From contig OZ037772.1 in NCBI GenBank assembly GCA_964035545.1, forward strand, positions 5,336,233 through 5,400,232: 64,000 nucleotides of DNA. Direction: 5' to 3'. This document shows, piece by piece, positions 27,900 through 41,730 of this stretch. Source of the stretch: Bugula neritina. Lineage: Eukaryota > Animalia > Bryozoa. The notes beneath the pieces were generated by a model, which saw only the letters and a list, made by a program, of their open reading frames with translations, had not been told where the DNA came from and made no database searches. The first letter of the stretch is position 1. Each line of letters starts with the position of its first letter. Position numbers and translations under genes: made by a program.

Positions 27900-30800
27900 A
27901 CTCTACTTGTAACTTATTACTGTATAGAAAACTCTGCAGTTATTTTATGCGTATGGTGTTTTCAGTGTTGTAGCCTGAGTGAATTAATATATAATCTCAA
28001 CTATGCCGAGGGGAGGAGGGGTACAATTTGGTAGGCCGTAGGCAGGATTCAGTAATCAAAAGTCCATAACCATGAATTCAATAGTTTCAGGCCAGTCTAA
28101 CTTGTTATTGAAACTATGAAATGAGTTTGTTTAATTTGGCTATAATTTGACAGGATCAGTTATTAGATCAGATACGCTGAGCAATTGGTCAGTTTTTCTC
28201 TATCTTATTTCTGCCATATCGCTGGAAAAGACCAAATTAAAGACATTAAAATCATGGTCAAAAGTCTTCCATGTCTAGCACTAATCAGTCTGCCAATTCT
28301 TGCATAGATAAATTATGTGTTTGATTCATTCTATATCTGTCCTGAAGGGCCATAAAATAATGAAATACACATGAGCAGATCAGTTTTGGTGTGCCAGGCA
28401 TTGGAATGCCGTTTCTTATTTTATTGCATTCCAACTGGGATTTTAGGATTAGATAACATAATTATAATACCTGCAACAGTAGCTATAGGTTTTATTATCT
28501 CTTACAATTTTCTAAAAGTTAATTTAACAATTTTCTAGTTAAGTTTAGATTGAAGTGTGTGGGTATCTTGGTTGTTAAGTACGTTGTATGGCATGTAATT
28601 CTTGGTTACTTGCAAGTTGTCGAATTTAATTAGATTTTACCTGTAGAGTGTAGAGTATGGGCTACATGCAATGTTCTTAAGGCATTTTAGCACATTATAT
28701 GGGTAAACAATTTCTAAACTTAGCGCTCACTTTCGGATACTATGCCAGTAAGGAATCTGAAAGTGTCCGAAGTTTTGTCCAATTGATCACTTAAGGGTTG
28801 AGCAGAACACCAGTGATAAATTGTGTAAAGCAGCTAACCACATCAACTTTTTCCTAACTTCAATATTCAGATCTACAAAGTTTTAACAACACTATTCAAA
28901 CAATATGTTATTTATGTCCAGGGAGCTGCTGTGGTCTAGGCGTTGGCTTTATAAACACGAAGCCATGGGTTCGAACCCCAGTAAAAGCCATTGGTGAAGT
29001 TAGGAAGAGCATCCAGTCATAATTGCTCCTTTGCCACATATGAATAAGTCCCTAGCATTTAAAAAACTCTTTTCCTTTAGGTTTTTTTTACAGAAATAGT
29101 GACTATAAACTTGTGTTACTTATTCAAACATTATGGCAACACCATTTGTTTTCTGTCTTTAGGTAGTTTACTCAAAGACAAGCAAACAATAGCCTCTGTA
29201 CTAGCAGAAAAAAATAAAGAGATTGCCGGTCTGCAACGACAGCTACAACTCTTTCATATGACAAATTCCAGACAGTCTACCAAGTCCCTGGATAGTACGG
29301 ACTCTGCCATTGGCTCTCTTGACCAACTCAGCTTGTCAATCTGTTCTCCACCATTTGGCAGTTCAAAGCAGAAAGGTATCAACATAATATTTTGCAACAA
29401 AAAGTATTTAGCTGGTTGGTGGCTAAAATAAACTTTTGGCCATTTCATTTTTAGGATCAAAATTTTGGTTGAAATTAGTTACAATCAGATCCAACTTATC
29501 ATATTTCAAAAATAATTGCCAACCAAAAAAAGCTGGTCAGTGTTTTCAATCTTGAATTTTTATTTTTCCCAACGATGCATTAATAAGTGCTGTGGTGCAG
29601 TTGTAATTTAGCAGATTCAGTTCCAATTTGAACTTGTGAGAGTTTTATTTTAACTTCCAGTTTAAGGAACACAACTTAATCAGACCTAAAATATTATACT
29701 TGCCATATCTTCTTTTAAAGCATCAACAAAAAGAAATGTGACTGACCCTGATAAAAGTTCGGTTGAAGGTGCTCTGTTGTTGAATACTAAAGGCAGATAT
29801 TTTAAAACCGAGTTGGAAGAATCATCACCAACTGTTAACTCAACTCCAGAAATTGTTCTTAAGCACTGTGAAACTGAAACTTTGGACAATGAAAGGTTAG
29901 GCAGCTCTGTACATTTAAGAGTAGTAGTGAAGAAATTGAGATAGCTTAGGTTATTCAATTTTACTAATTATTTTTGGTTTGGGGCTCGAGTTGAAATTTT
30001 TGCAAGAACACAATTTCTTTTGCTACATTTAGAATCTAGAACACAGGACGTTATTTTCTTAATTTCTTTTTTACTGCACCTACCTCCTTACGTAATTGTT
30101 AAAAGTTGATTGTGTGCCATAATTTTCTTTTGTTGGTTCCCACAATTACTCACTAACTCACTCATTCACCCACTCACTTTCGATCCATCCTCTAACTCAT
30201 CCACTGACTCATTCATTTCATCAACTCTCTGCTTTACATCCACTCACTCACTTACTTACTAACTTAAGTCCATTTCCACCAAGCTAATTTTCTAAAAGCT
30301 GCAGCTTATTAAATATTTATCCTGTAGTTTTCATGTTAAGCACATATTTTATACATATTGTATATTTCTAACAGCAGGAAAATTTTTTATACTTACATAT
30401 ACTTTCTGTTACATTCTTCAAACAATAATATACCTTGTTTGGTTGGTAGAGCACCGACCAATGATAAAGACACGCTAGAAATTGCAAGTCCAAGAGAACT
30501 GAGATCCTATTCGAACCCAGATGATTTTCAACAAGTCTACCAAAAAACTTCTGATTTAAAAGTGCAAGACAAAGAGTTTATCAGAATCACTCAGGTAAAG
30601 TCATCATGACACCAAGTACGTTATGTTATGTTGGACTGCAATCGGGGACTGCAAATTATCCTCATTTAGGGATCCTTGCTTTAAAAGTACTATATGTTGT
30701 TTTTGTAGGAGAGCTCAGATGAAAATGGCAAACAAAGTTTTACGAATGGTGAAGCCTTCATAAACAGTGAAGGCAACTCTCAATCTATGAGGAGAAAGAA

Positions 30801-32134
30801 GAGCCTCAGCTCTCCAGATTTACAGCTTTCTGTCAACCCGCCAGCCGATGCTGGTAATCGATCAAGTGGTTTTACAGATGCTGATTCCAAACACTGCGTG
30901 CATTCAGAAGTCACTGAAGAAAATCTACGAGCACCAGTCACTCCTCGACCTTCTCTTCCATCTCTTCAGTCACCATTGACCTCTTCACTTCCTTCAGTAC
31001 AACTGCTTAACTCAAAAGATTCCCAAGAGGCCATATTTGAAAAGCCATTTATTTCTCTTTTGAACTCTCCTTCTGTCTCACAGAAAGCGAGAGATTCATT
31101 GCTTCCTGACCCAGCAAATGGGTTCCGTTTTCGAGCTCCACCAATTGATCGTCAGCTTCTGTCAAACGCAGCAACTGATGAGACCCATTCAACCAGCTAT
31201 CTCAGCCCCAAACTAGTCCAGAGTCTAAATTCTTCTCCAGTAAACTCAAGAAAGCAGCAGACGTTTGAAAAGGGAAGGTCTGCACCATCGTCCATCAAAA
31301 GCTCACGGTTGATTAAAAGACCTGCACTCGTTCTCAGAAGTTATAGTGTTCCTGCCACTGCCGAAACTAGTACAGCAAATCAAATAGAAGCTAACGCTTC
31401 TATAGTGTCATCTCAGGTGAGTCAAAATAACTGTCTTGACAGACACCTAATTTTGCATTTCATCTTTTAAATGTTACTATCAGTTAGAAATACTGAACTT
31501 TCCATTATGAAAATTGTTTAACTAACTTAAACTTTTTTAGTAAAATCTGACAAAAAACGATGGCTTGTGACAAGAGAGCATAACTTTAAAATTATGCACC
31601 AATTAATTTATTGAATCTTCCAATAACCAAGAAAAAAAGCTTTTCTTTGAAAAGTGTTTGTTGACCTAAACTGTTTAACTTCTTGGCAGTAGAACTGAGG
31701 TGATGGCAAAATTATTATGAGTTTTTTGCATCCTGAATATTTATGAGTAGGTATTAAATTAGGTGGTTGAAATTGTTTGCTAGCAGTAGCATAAATATTA
31801 ATTTATAGTGGGCGAATACCATTGCTCTAAATCAAATTACCGTTATTTTTTGTAGAAAATGGCCTTTGACGAACAGCCTGCCATTCGTGAAAGTGAAAAT
31901 ATTATGATTGAAGAAGACATTCAATCTGCTGTTGAGAAGGAAACCTCTTCTGAATACTGCAAACAGCCTGACCAATCAAAGCAAACAGAAATTACTAACC
32001 ACCAATACGAACACTCAAATAACAACAGCCAATGGGAACGCTCGAATGAAGACACAACTGACCAGCTTCTCACCAACGTTGTGAAACAACTTTCTAGCAA
32101 AAGTTCTATTTCAACGTCACCAATTTATTTCTAA
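27285..32134 (+). CDS. Uncharacterised protein (~548 aa): N-terminal coiled coil, long Ser/Pro-rich disordered region
   Basis: Exons 27268/27285-27411, 29163-29375, 29721-29895, 30450-30594, 30709-31416, 31856-32134 join in frame (1647 nt incl. stop). Heptad-like N-terminus ELEKSKEKIKYLEETKDRERKYIVSKLLYLEGSLLKDKQTIASVLAEKNKEIAGLQRQL. AATAAA at ~32365. Start codon uncertain because the first exon has an acceptor at 27267. Confidence 0.78.
28921..29117 (+). mobile_element. SINE family A
   Basis: Head, core and tail match; ends ~45 nt before a coding acceptor. Confidence 0.82.
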
Positions 32135-32709
32135 TTTTACATAATCTTTCTCAATATCATTTTGCAGATGCCTATCAAAAACTTAAATAACTTTAAGCTA
32201 ATATTGTAATGTATTTACACATATGACTTCCATGTAATGCAGGACTGCTGCTAATTTGTGTAATCTTACAGTTGTCTTCACTCATGAGGTCACATGAACA
32301 TATATGCTTTAATATTATATTATAGAGAACTGTTTTCCACTAAATATTAATTAAATTTATAATCAATAAAGTGCTATTACCTATTCATCTTGCAGAAGGT
32401 GTATATGTAGTATACTAATCAGATTTCATGTTGTTGTGTTTTATGTTATTTATTAAAATGTAATATTTTGCAATCAAGCACTGCTTCAAGAAATAAGACT
32501 TTTGGGATGTGTTGTAACTATTGTGTATGTATACTATGAATACTAGAGTAGTAAAACCTAAAGATCAAAAAAGATGTTGACCAAAAAATTTATGTTTTTG
32601 TTTAGTATTTATACAATATAACCACGCAATTAAGAAAAAATTAAGCTTTTCTGCAGCTGTATATTTTCAAAAGATGATAATTATAACATCACTATAACAT
32701 ACTACATTG

Positions 32710-33160
32710 CAGGGTTGAGGTAATTGCAATTGATTTTAAGTAACTAAATATTTTTAAGTAATTGAATGTAATTTGTATTTGACATATAAAGAAGTAATTG
32801 TAATTAATTACATATCTACATGTCAGTTACTTCAAAGTTGTAAATCCTCATTATTTAACATTTTTCCTGCCATGTCTACTGTTAAATAACAAGTTCTTAT
32901 TAATTCAATGTAGTACTATTGAACCACTGTCAAATTTGTCTCTGTTGGTTGAAACCTATAGCAGTGAAATTGTATAATTTCTATTTATCCCTTGTGAGAA
33001 CAAAAGGAAATGTAATTGTTATAATAACTTACATTACCATGTATTTGTAAATAATTACAATAATTTTTATATATAGCTGTAATTATAACTGTAATTGACA
33101 AATTCCCATGTAATTGTAATTGTAATTAATTACATTCATATGTAATTGATCCCAACTCTG
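32710..33160. mobile_element. hAT-type MITE, copy 2
   Basis: TIR CAGGGTTGAGGTAATT / AATTGATCCCAACTCTG with a perfect 8-bp TSD CTACATTG; shares internal sequence with 19955-20430 (e.g. tatcccttgtgagaacaaaag). Confidence 0.9.
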
Positions 33161-34240
33161 CTACATTGCATGGTAACTGTTTTTTTAAACCCCAATAACT
33201 TGCAGAAGAAATCTTTTAGGATGCAAGCTGCTAAATATAATTACTTGCTTTTGATAAACTGTTTAAATTAAAAATTGCATGCTAAACATAAATATGCAAA
33301 TTTTGATATTTAGAATTTATTTAATGCAAACAATATAATTTTTTTTTATTTTGCTAGGAGCATCATACTACAAATACACAAATAAATGAACACATAAAAG
33401 CATTTCTAGACCTCTGTCTAATTTAACATAAACCTGGTAATTTGAGCTTGGAACAATAAAATATCATCACTTTTATCAGTCTTTTACTTATCTTCTGCTA
33501 TATTCATTATTTCATCGCTACACTAAAATTCTTAGGATAACATTTTTTGGACTATATAATGCTAACAACATAAAATGTCTATAAAAAATTATTATAATAT
33601 TACACTTTTACTATATACCACTTTCTTTGTAATCAGTGATTTCCATTTTGCATGCATTTGTTTTGGAAGTACACTTCAGGCTGCTGATTTAATAAATCAC
33701 AAGTATGAATACATTATTATATAGCTATGAAATAAACAATGCTGGAATAGTGAAATGAATGGGTAACAAGAATATTATGCAATGAGCAATGTATTTCTCA
33801 ACTTATATACAATAAAATACATTATGAAATATAATATATTATTATGGTACCCCACATGCACATGTAGCAAAACTTAATCTATCGCACACAGTGAGCCATT
33901 GTACAATATCTAAACAGTGCACAATAAGAACATAACGCATGTATATAAAATGCATTTACACAACAAACAATTAAACTTAAATAAATTTCAGATTTGAATA
34001 TCAGATATAAAAGGTGCTACATTGTAAAGGTGCTCTTACTATGGATAAATCACTTGAAGTTATGATTATTCAACATATTGATCTATTTTGTCCAATAGAA
34101 ACTAATTACCTTGAGCTCTAAGCATTTATTGCTCCTAAAGAATATTAATTGCAGTGTGGAGCTTTTTATTGACTACTAGATGCGCATGTACTTTAACATA
34201 GCTTGTACCAATAGTCACAACTTCTAGTTTTAGCACATAC

Positions 34241-34258
34241 TGTGTGTGCGTATGCGTA

Positions 34259-34334
<76 letters not shown>

Positions 34335-34422
34335 TGTGGATGTGTGTGTGTGTGTGTGCATGTGTGTACGTGTGTGTACGTGTGTGTACGTCTGTTCCTG
34401 TGTGCGTGTGCATGTGTGTGTG
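34241..34422. repeat. (TG)n microsatellite
   Basis: Direct reading; continues for 8-9 bp beyond the hAT insertion at 36236. Confidence 0.95.
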
Positions 34423-36235
34423 CAGGGATGTAGTGGCAAAAATATTCTAGGCCATACTCTCAGGCCGGGGGTCCAGGGGGCCGCCCAGGCCCCCGGCGGG
34501 GTCCGGGGCAGCGCCCCGGCCGCCGAAGCCCTCAGAGCGCTTCTGATGCAAATTTATGCAATTTAAAGCCATTGTGAATTCTAATTCTTCTGAAAAAAAT
34601 CTGTGTTGAAATGTGCACCTCATGCACTATTATTTTCATACCATACCAGCTACATGACGACTGGGCATTGCTGCAAACTATATAAATATTCAGTATTGTC
34701 CCATAGCTGTTGACTGTAATTTTAAATGTAGTCTTACTCAACTGACACTAAGTCCAACCTGTACAGAAAAATTGCTGAAGATCTCAAAAAGATGGAAGGA
34801 TAGAGACAGGTAACAAGTGCTCTCCAAATGTAACCTGATTACTTCAAATATCTAATACACTGACGTGCACAGAAAAAGAATTATAGAACAGAACAGAGGA
34901 AGATTGCAAATCAGAAAATGTGTGTTGGTTATTTATAAAGAGCAATTTGAATTAATAACTCATTGGCAAGCAGAAATTGGTTGAAAACCTAGTTGGAGTT
35001 TATTAGAGTACTAGTCTAATCCATAAGGAGGTGCGGCGGTATCTCCTTATGGATACCGCCGCACCTCCTTGCACACAATAAAGCACACCAAAGAAGAGTA
35101 TGGTAACTTGGTTTTAAAGTAAAACCCCTGAGCTTCCACTAGACACATCAAGGAAATATACCCAAAAGAACAAATTTGACAGGTTCAATATGTGTTAACC
35201 TAGAAGATGATTAAATGTAAAGCCAGACGTTAGTACAATCAAACATAAAAGGTTACTTATGGTGGTGTACTGCAGTTTGCAAAACCTCATTGCATTGATA
35301 ATTAACATGGAATAACGAAACCAAAATGTGGATATAGTACCTGTAGACCTCAGTGATAAATTTTCATTAACCTCTCCTACACACCTGGTACTGTTTCCTG
35401 AAGACATTTTGATTTTATTTCTGGATTTCATGTTGGTTTTTTTTCCAAATTTCATTGCTTATTGACAAAATGCAAGTCCACACAAGATAAATAATGGCAA
35501 CTTTCTAGCTGACACTGCCTTGCTGAGGCCACATTATTGGTATATTATAAGAATTCAGTCCCGCCAAATAAAACCATACTTAATTGTGCTAGAATTAAAA
35601 TTTAAAAACTATGTTTTAGATCTTCCTGTTCCTCAGAGCACCTGATTTTTCGAATTTTCAATATTTTTTTTGCAAGGTTATAGACAAAAATCTACTATTT
35701 TGGCCAATTTTACCTAAAAAGTTTATTTTTCAATCCCTGCCAAATATCTCAGCAGGAAAGCATAGTATTCGAATAAAACAAACACTGTCGAAAACCTGGG
35801 AAATTTATGCATAGCATACTTTTTTATCTTTTCAATAGCCTTCATAGATTTTCTACAAATTAGTGATTTATACACTGAAATGAAATATTTTTTCCTTAGC
35901 AATCACCAATGCACAGCACTTCGCGCTTCAGTGAACACGTGGAGATGAGAAGATGGAATGTTGATAGCTGCTTATTATTCATAGTGTAATCTCAGGCTAA
36001 ACAATCACAAGTAGGCAACACGCATGCCACCCACATAGCATTAACATAACAAGAACTTAAACTAGATTGTGAGCGAAATTTATGATGTTCTCAGTGAGGA
36101 TGCCCTAGCTATCCTGTGCACTAATCAGTAACACTTTCAAAAAATATATGCCCATACGGGCGTATGGCCAAGAACAGCCTATTTTCTTCTAGGCCATACG
36201 GCGTATGGGACCGTATGGGTACCACTACATCCCTG
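34423..36235. mobile_element. Non-autonomous hAT-type DNA transposon, 1813 bp
   Basis: 14-bp TIR CAGGGATGTAGTGG / CCACTACATCCCTG; TGTGTGTG on both flanks (8-bp TSD, within a TG tract); subterminal CCATAC repeats; GC-rich block at 34463-34530. Confidence 0.88.
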
Positions 36236-36244
36236 TGTGTGTGT

Positions 36245-37922
36245 CTAAACCCCATGTACTTCAACTTCGTGCAAAGCTAAAATAGTGGAATCTTGAAACA
36301 AAACTTGAACAAACTGCCCTCTGATTGGAGGCATGCAAGTAACAAGTGTGTAGTATTGGTTGAGATGTCCATCCAGGTAGTTGCACAAAACCTCCCTGTT
36401 AGTTCCTTTAAACTCTATCAGTGCATCTGAATTTGCGACAGTGATCACGGGATTTCTGGCATTCTGCCAAACAAACCTTGAAGCTATAAAACATATAAAG
36501 AACATCACTGTAAATTGAAACTGTATATGTTTTATCCGAAACGCAATTCGATATTCAAGGTAGGCCTATAGTACACAGAACAACTTCTTCAATCAACCAC
36601 CAAAGCTAAAATAAATTCTCTCGAAGCAAATTTTGACGGCATTAGAACTTAAGACTTTATTATTTTGTGGGCCTCATTATGCTAAATGAAAACAGCCATA
36701 AAATTGATAAAAAATTGAAAATATTTCACTTTTTGAAGAGTTCCACAAAGATTCCATAACTGTGCATTCTCTTATCTTACAAAGCTATTAATACTCTTTC
36801 ACGTGTTAATGTTTTTGTAGCTACAAATTATTTTCATCAACAGTTTTTACATTAAGCACACAGTTCTATGGTGTAAAGAATTTTGTGGCAGTATAGATTC
36901 TTGCATTTAAGCAAGATTTTGCGTCAACCTACCGTCACCTACGTTCAAGATGTTTACGGCCCACACACAATAAACATCCTCCAGGTTTACCCTCCACCAT
37001 GGATTAGCCTGGAACTGGGTCTGAGCCACAGATGAAAGATCTAAACTGTAAACACCATCATTGGCGTAGGAAGCATCCCTAATAACTGTGGAGAGCTGGG
37101 AAGGTCTACCTGTAAATACAATTACAGAGCATACAAGTTTACAGGCAATGATAGCTTTAGTAACATATTTTTTTAAACTTTTTCAAGAAATTTCCGGAAG
37201 TTAATATCATTTTCTAAAAACACTATATTTCTAGTCATTTGATATTTAAAGAGAAATTTCTGTTATTCTAGATAATGTACTCCATGATACATGCTACAGT
37301 TGATAGCCGTGCAAGCGACAGATAATAATGATATAATACAAACATTGATCCTCATAACATAATATAGTGATCCTCGTAATATAATATAGTGATTCTTGCA
37401 ATGTGAGAAGTTGTAACAATAATATGATTAGTAATATAGATAATGTTAACAACAATGCTTGTGCACAATATTTCAGCTTTACCTCTAGCTAGTTGTTTAT
37501 TGGCTGCTAGCTTTCGGCTTATAAATAGCCCTCTTTCTTTAGCAACAGTGAAAAGGTTGGGGTTGATGCAAGTTGTGTAGGCACATGCCCCAAATAAAAA
37601 CAGAAATCCATGGCAGTTTTCATTTAATGAACATCTGATGGCGCAGACAGTTGATGAATGCACTCCCTTGAAAACTTTGGTGTTCAATGTGGAAGTGTTG
37701 GTGTAGCTAATATATTCATCTTCCAAGTGGTAACAGGAGACATAACTGCTGTGCAAGAGCAAAGCAACTACAAATGAGTAACAAATTATCACACAATTAA
37801 TTACAAGGTGGTGTAAGAAAAATGGTATTGGCAACAACCTAAGCAATGTTACAACATTTAGATTTGTTTCTCAAACGTTAAAACTTACCAGAAAATAGGA
37901 GGCACAACATTTTCCTCATCAT
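36245..37922 (-). CDS. Secreted PAN/Apple + F-type lectin protein (copy L1, divergent)
   Basis: Exons 37889-37922 (MMRKMLCLLFS), 37483-37767 (end of signal peptide; PAN-like CAIRCSLNENCHGFLFLFGAC), 36933-37109 (ASYANDG..QANPWWRVNL), 36245-36483 (LCNY..VTC..IRGQFV..LALHEVEVHGV*). All introns phase 1. Confidence 0.88.
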
Positions 37923-38589
37923 CTTTCTTTTCTTCAAGTTAAGCTGCCTTTATACCTTTACACCTTTATATCTTTTTTTTCAGCAGAGGTATAAACGCAA
38001 CTTTGTAAAGGCTCTAATAAGAAAAATATTTTACTTGAAAAGAGAATTATTACTGATGCCAATGAAAAAACTATAAAACAAGTGAGAATCTTTCGACCTT
38101 TGAGTCTATGATTATAATAGCTGATAAGAATATTTGCCAGTTAGTTTATTGATTCTGAGATTATATATTCAATCAACTTATTCTATTATATTGCATTTTA
38201 TACTTTCTATTTTGTTTCTTCCGGTGAATAAAATGTAACTAAGAAACTTAAGCAACTAAACTCAATAAAAATAATTAAAAACTTAAGCAATAATTAAATT
38301 GTGAAATAAACTCATTTCAAGCTCCAAGTGAAAATGAAAAGTAATTATAGAGTGGGTAAGTTGAATGACTTGATGTGCTGAGCAAAATTTTCTACAAACC
38401 AAGTAAATTAATTTCTACATACAGAGGACTCGGCAGCATTATGAGTTTTAAAGTTATAATGAACCATCTGTGAATATAACACTTTTTTCCCAATTACATA
38501 ATATCTTTTCTTATAGCCTCTATGAGTGGTAAAACAAGTAAACAATACCTACATTTAAACATTATTATAGTAGGTACATGACTGCAAAA

Positions 38590-38666
38590 GTTTTTCTATC
38601 ACTGGGATTCGAACTCGAAACCTCAGGCTTGCAAGTAGGCACGCAAACTACTACATCACAGGGGCT
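38590..38666 (-). mobile_element. tRNA-Ala-like SINE head, family B
   Basis: gcccctgtgatgtagtagtttgcgtgcctacttgcaagcctgaggtttcgagttcgaatcccagtg. Confidence 0.65.
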
Positions 38667-41036
38667 ATAGCCATATGTGGACAACCTCAACACTACGATG
38701 GCAAATTAAAAAAATTGTCAACAAGAAATTCTCATTTTGATTCATACTATAATTATTTTATATAGATATAGTATTGCTTTTTCTTAGATACTTCCTGTTA
38801 GATTAAAAACAACGAAAAGCAAATGTGGTAAACAAAGGCAAACAAAGAAACATGGTTGGTTATTGGTTATATATATAAGGGGTTTGCATCTAGATCAGTG
38901 CTAGGCTGATTGAAAATATTAGGAACAGAGTTTAACTACAACATCCTGACGTAAAACATGACTTGGTTGGGATTAGAGAGTCTGTGCAACTATTTTTGAG
39001 TTCTTTGTGATTCTACTATCATTCTCTTTTTCAATGTTTTCTAATATCATAACAAAGTCCCTTTCAGCTAATTCTCAAATGAGTCTTTAATGCTATATCT
39101 TTGTTCATATTGTTTGTAGAATAAATATTCAAATTGTGAAGATTAGAAATCATACTGCATATCTATTATATATTCATACATAGCGACATTTATAACAGAA
39201 TAAGTTTTGTATAATAATATATTTATTAGTGCTGCGTATAATAATGTACCTAAAACAACTCAGTCAGTGATTCATGATTCTACAATGTTCTAGAACTTTA
39301 AAGAATGCAAAACATAATACAACAATCACTGAATAATAAAATAATAACTGGTAGTACATAATTTACTAGTCAGTGCAACTACCAATTACAATAATTTCTT
39401 ATCTTACAGAACACAGACTAGTCTACAATCTTTTGCAGCCTGTTGCATTTTTGATTGAATGATTTATTATAATGTTATTTTAGTAGATTTTAGATATGTA
39501 TTATTGTATCCCCAGTATAGCCTGTGTTATCAAGACGGCTATCCTTGGTATATATGCTACTTAAATTATCATTATACTTATGCTATCGTTGTAAAACTCT
39601 TCTGTGACACATGTGCGGCATAGCCTACTCATGTTAGTATCATGTAAACAACTTCTCCTGGTTGGCTAACACCTACCACGATGATGCAATGGTGTGGTAT
39701 GATCCTGGACAGCACCAGGATAGCCAGGAGGCAGTCAAGACGCCATTGTCAGCTTATCTCTGAAGAACCAATTGGCTAGCAGTGTGCACTCATAGATAAG
39801 GAGGATGCATGGGCCAATGCGGCTGTTGGGATTTGGCGCTACCTATGTAAAATTCCAGATGACATCATTGCTATACAAATTTATATGTAACTTTAGTAAT
39901 TATAAGAAGTTAAACTTTTTATTTGCAAGTCTTTAATAGAATTCTTGACTGACATACACAGCTAACTTCTCTTCTCTCATAACAACTAAAGAGTGTAATG
40001 TTCTGAGCATTGGCTCCTTGTGAATCCACCATAATAATGTTATATTCGTTGGTGCACCTTATTAAAGTACAACATTATATGTTGACAAGTTTCTTTCTCA
40101 GGGTCAAGGACATAAGAGATAATTGATGAAACAGCAGATGTCAGTCTTTATATGAAAAACACGTCAATTAACAAAAATGTTCGAATAGAAATATTTTTTC
40201 TTTCATCAGTAAATTATGTTATCATTTTGGTTTTTTAGTTTATACAATGTAGAAAACCCTAACTCTCCGAAATTAAAAGTAGCTGAGTAATTAGAAAAAA
40301 AACATGGGAAATCAAGCAAAATCAAGAAGAACCTTGTTTATTTAGGTGCATTCATTCATATTTTATTAGTTTTGAGCAAAAGCCTTTGTTCATTAGCAGC
40401 TAATTTGTGAAAAATAGCTGAAAACTGGAGATTTCCAGTGTGTACTAAATTAAGTAAAATGACCCATTTGTCATATTAAATGAATTCAATACTTTTTATG
40501 AGAACATTTCTATGACAGTATTTTATAATGCTATCATAATGCTTATTATGTGCCTATATACCAATAATTTACATTTCAAAACATTTTATGACCATGCAAA
40601 TTTTGTAAAGATGATTATTTTTATTTGCCCCAAGAAACTGGTACTAAAAAAGTAAAAGATATTATCAAGCCTTAAGAAAACAATAACTATTAACGTAGAC
40701 AAACACACAAAGAAAATTTTTCAAGCTGAATTATAAAAATAACCTTCTTTTCCATATAGAAAGTGGTGACTGGACATTACTTAAGTCTTCCAAAGCTACA
40801 AATAGCATCAGTTTGTATTTTTCTTTAAATAAAATAGAATATAATACACGTAAATATAATTCAAAACAATAGATAGTAAATTGAGTATAGTAACACCAAA
40901 CGAGAAATGCGTGCAATTTTACACGGAGTTTCATGTTTTAACTGCTAGACATTTTAATGAAGCATATTGAAATTTTCCTAGCAGACATAAATCTAGTGAA
41001 CATTGCATTATTGTTTTCTACTTTGTTATTCAAAAG

Positions 41037-41730
41037 TTAGACAAGGAACAGTCCATGTATTTCTAACTCGTAGATATTGAGAGGCTTATTTACTTCTACA
41101 GCTGTTACTCTCACATATCTACCATACATTCTAGTACGACATGTAACCAGAAATATATCTGCAGGTGGTTGTCCAGGAAGGTAGTCACAGATCTCATCTT
41201 CTGGTGGATCATCAAAGTTATTGTCAGTTTGACCAACTGTCACTCTTACATCTGCTAGTCTGTCACTGACACCTACAAGATAAATAACAAAACTAAAGAT
41301 ACCATGATTAGGTGAGCATCTTCTGATAATAAAAAAATAAAAAAAAGTTAGAGCTACATATTTTCTGAAAACTGGATACTATACTTAAAACAACTGTAGA
41401 ATCAGTGCCATTATTGCAACTTCCAAAAATGATTAAGCTATCAATATAAAAATCCAACGTTCATAAATAGTTTGTATGGTATCATATAAATGGAGAAAAT
41501 TGTTGGATAGTTACCTGGGTTATTTGGTTCAGATCTGTCCCAGATCTTGACACCATCAACATAGTGGTTGGTGGTCAAATCTACTTGTATCCATGGTGAC
41601 AGTTCTGGTTTGGTATGTGCCAAACTTGCATCCATGGCTAATCCAGAATCAGAGAGAACATATATACCATCAATGGCTTTAGATGCTAGATACTTAGAGC
41701 TAAGGGTGGTGCTTAAAATAACTTCTTTAT
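41037..41730 (-). CDS. F-type lectin domain exon pair (L2) with no signal/PAN exons of its own
   Basis: Exons 41515-41730 (ASKAIDG..SLAHTKPELSPWIQVDL..KIWDRSE) and 41037-41272 (RLADVRVTVG..EICDYL..GRYVRV..IYELEIHG), intact frame and splice sites. Only TE remnants lie between it and L3. Confidence 0.8.

Noticed and set aside
34135-34566. His-Thr / Cys-Val repeat ORFs (also at 51052-51309, 56105-56461, 61422-61775)
   Set aside because: Microsatellite or satellite translations.
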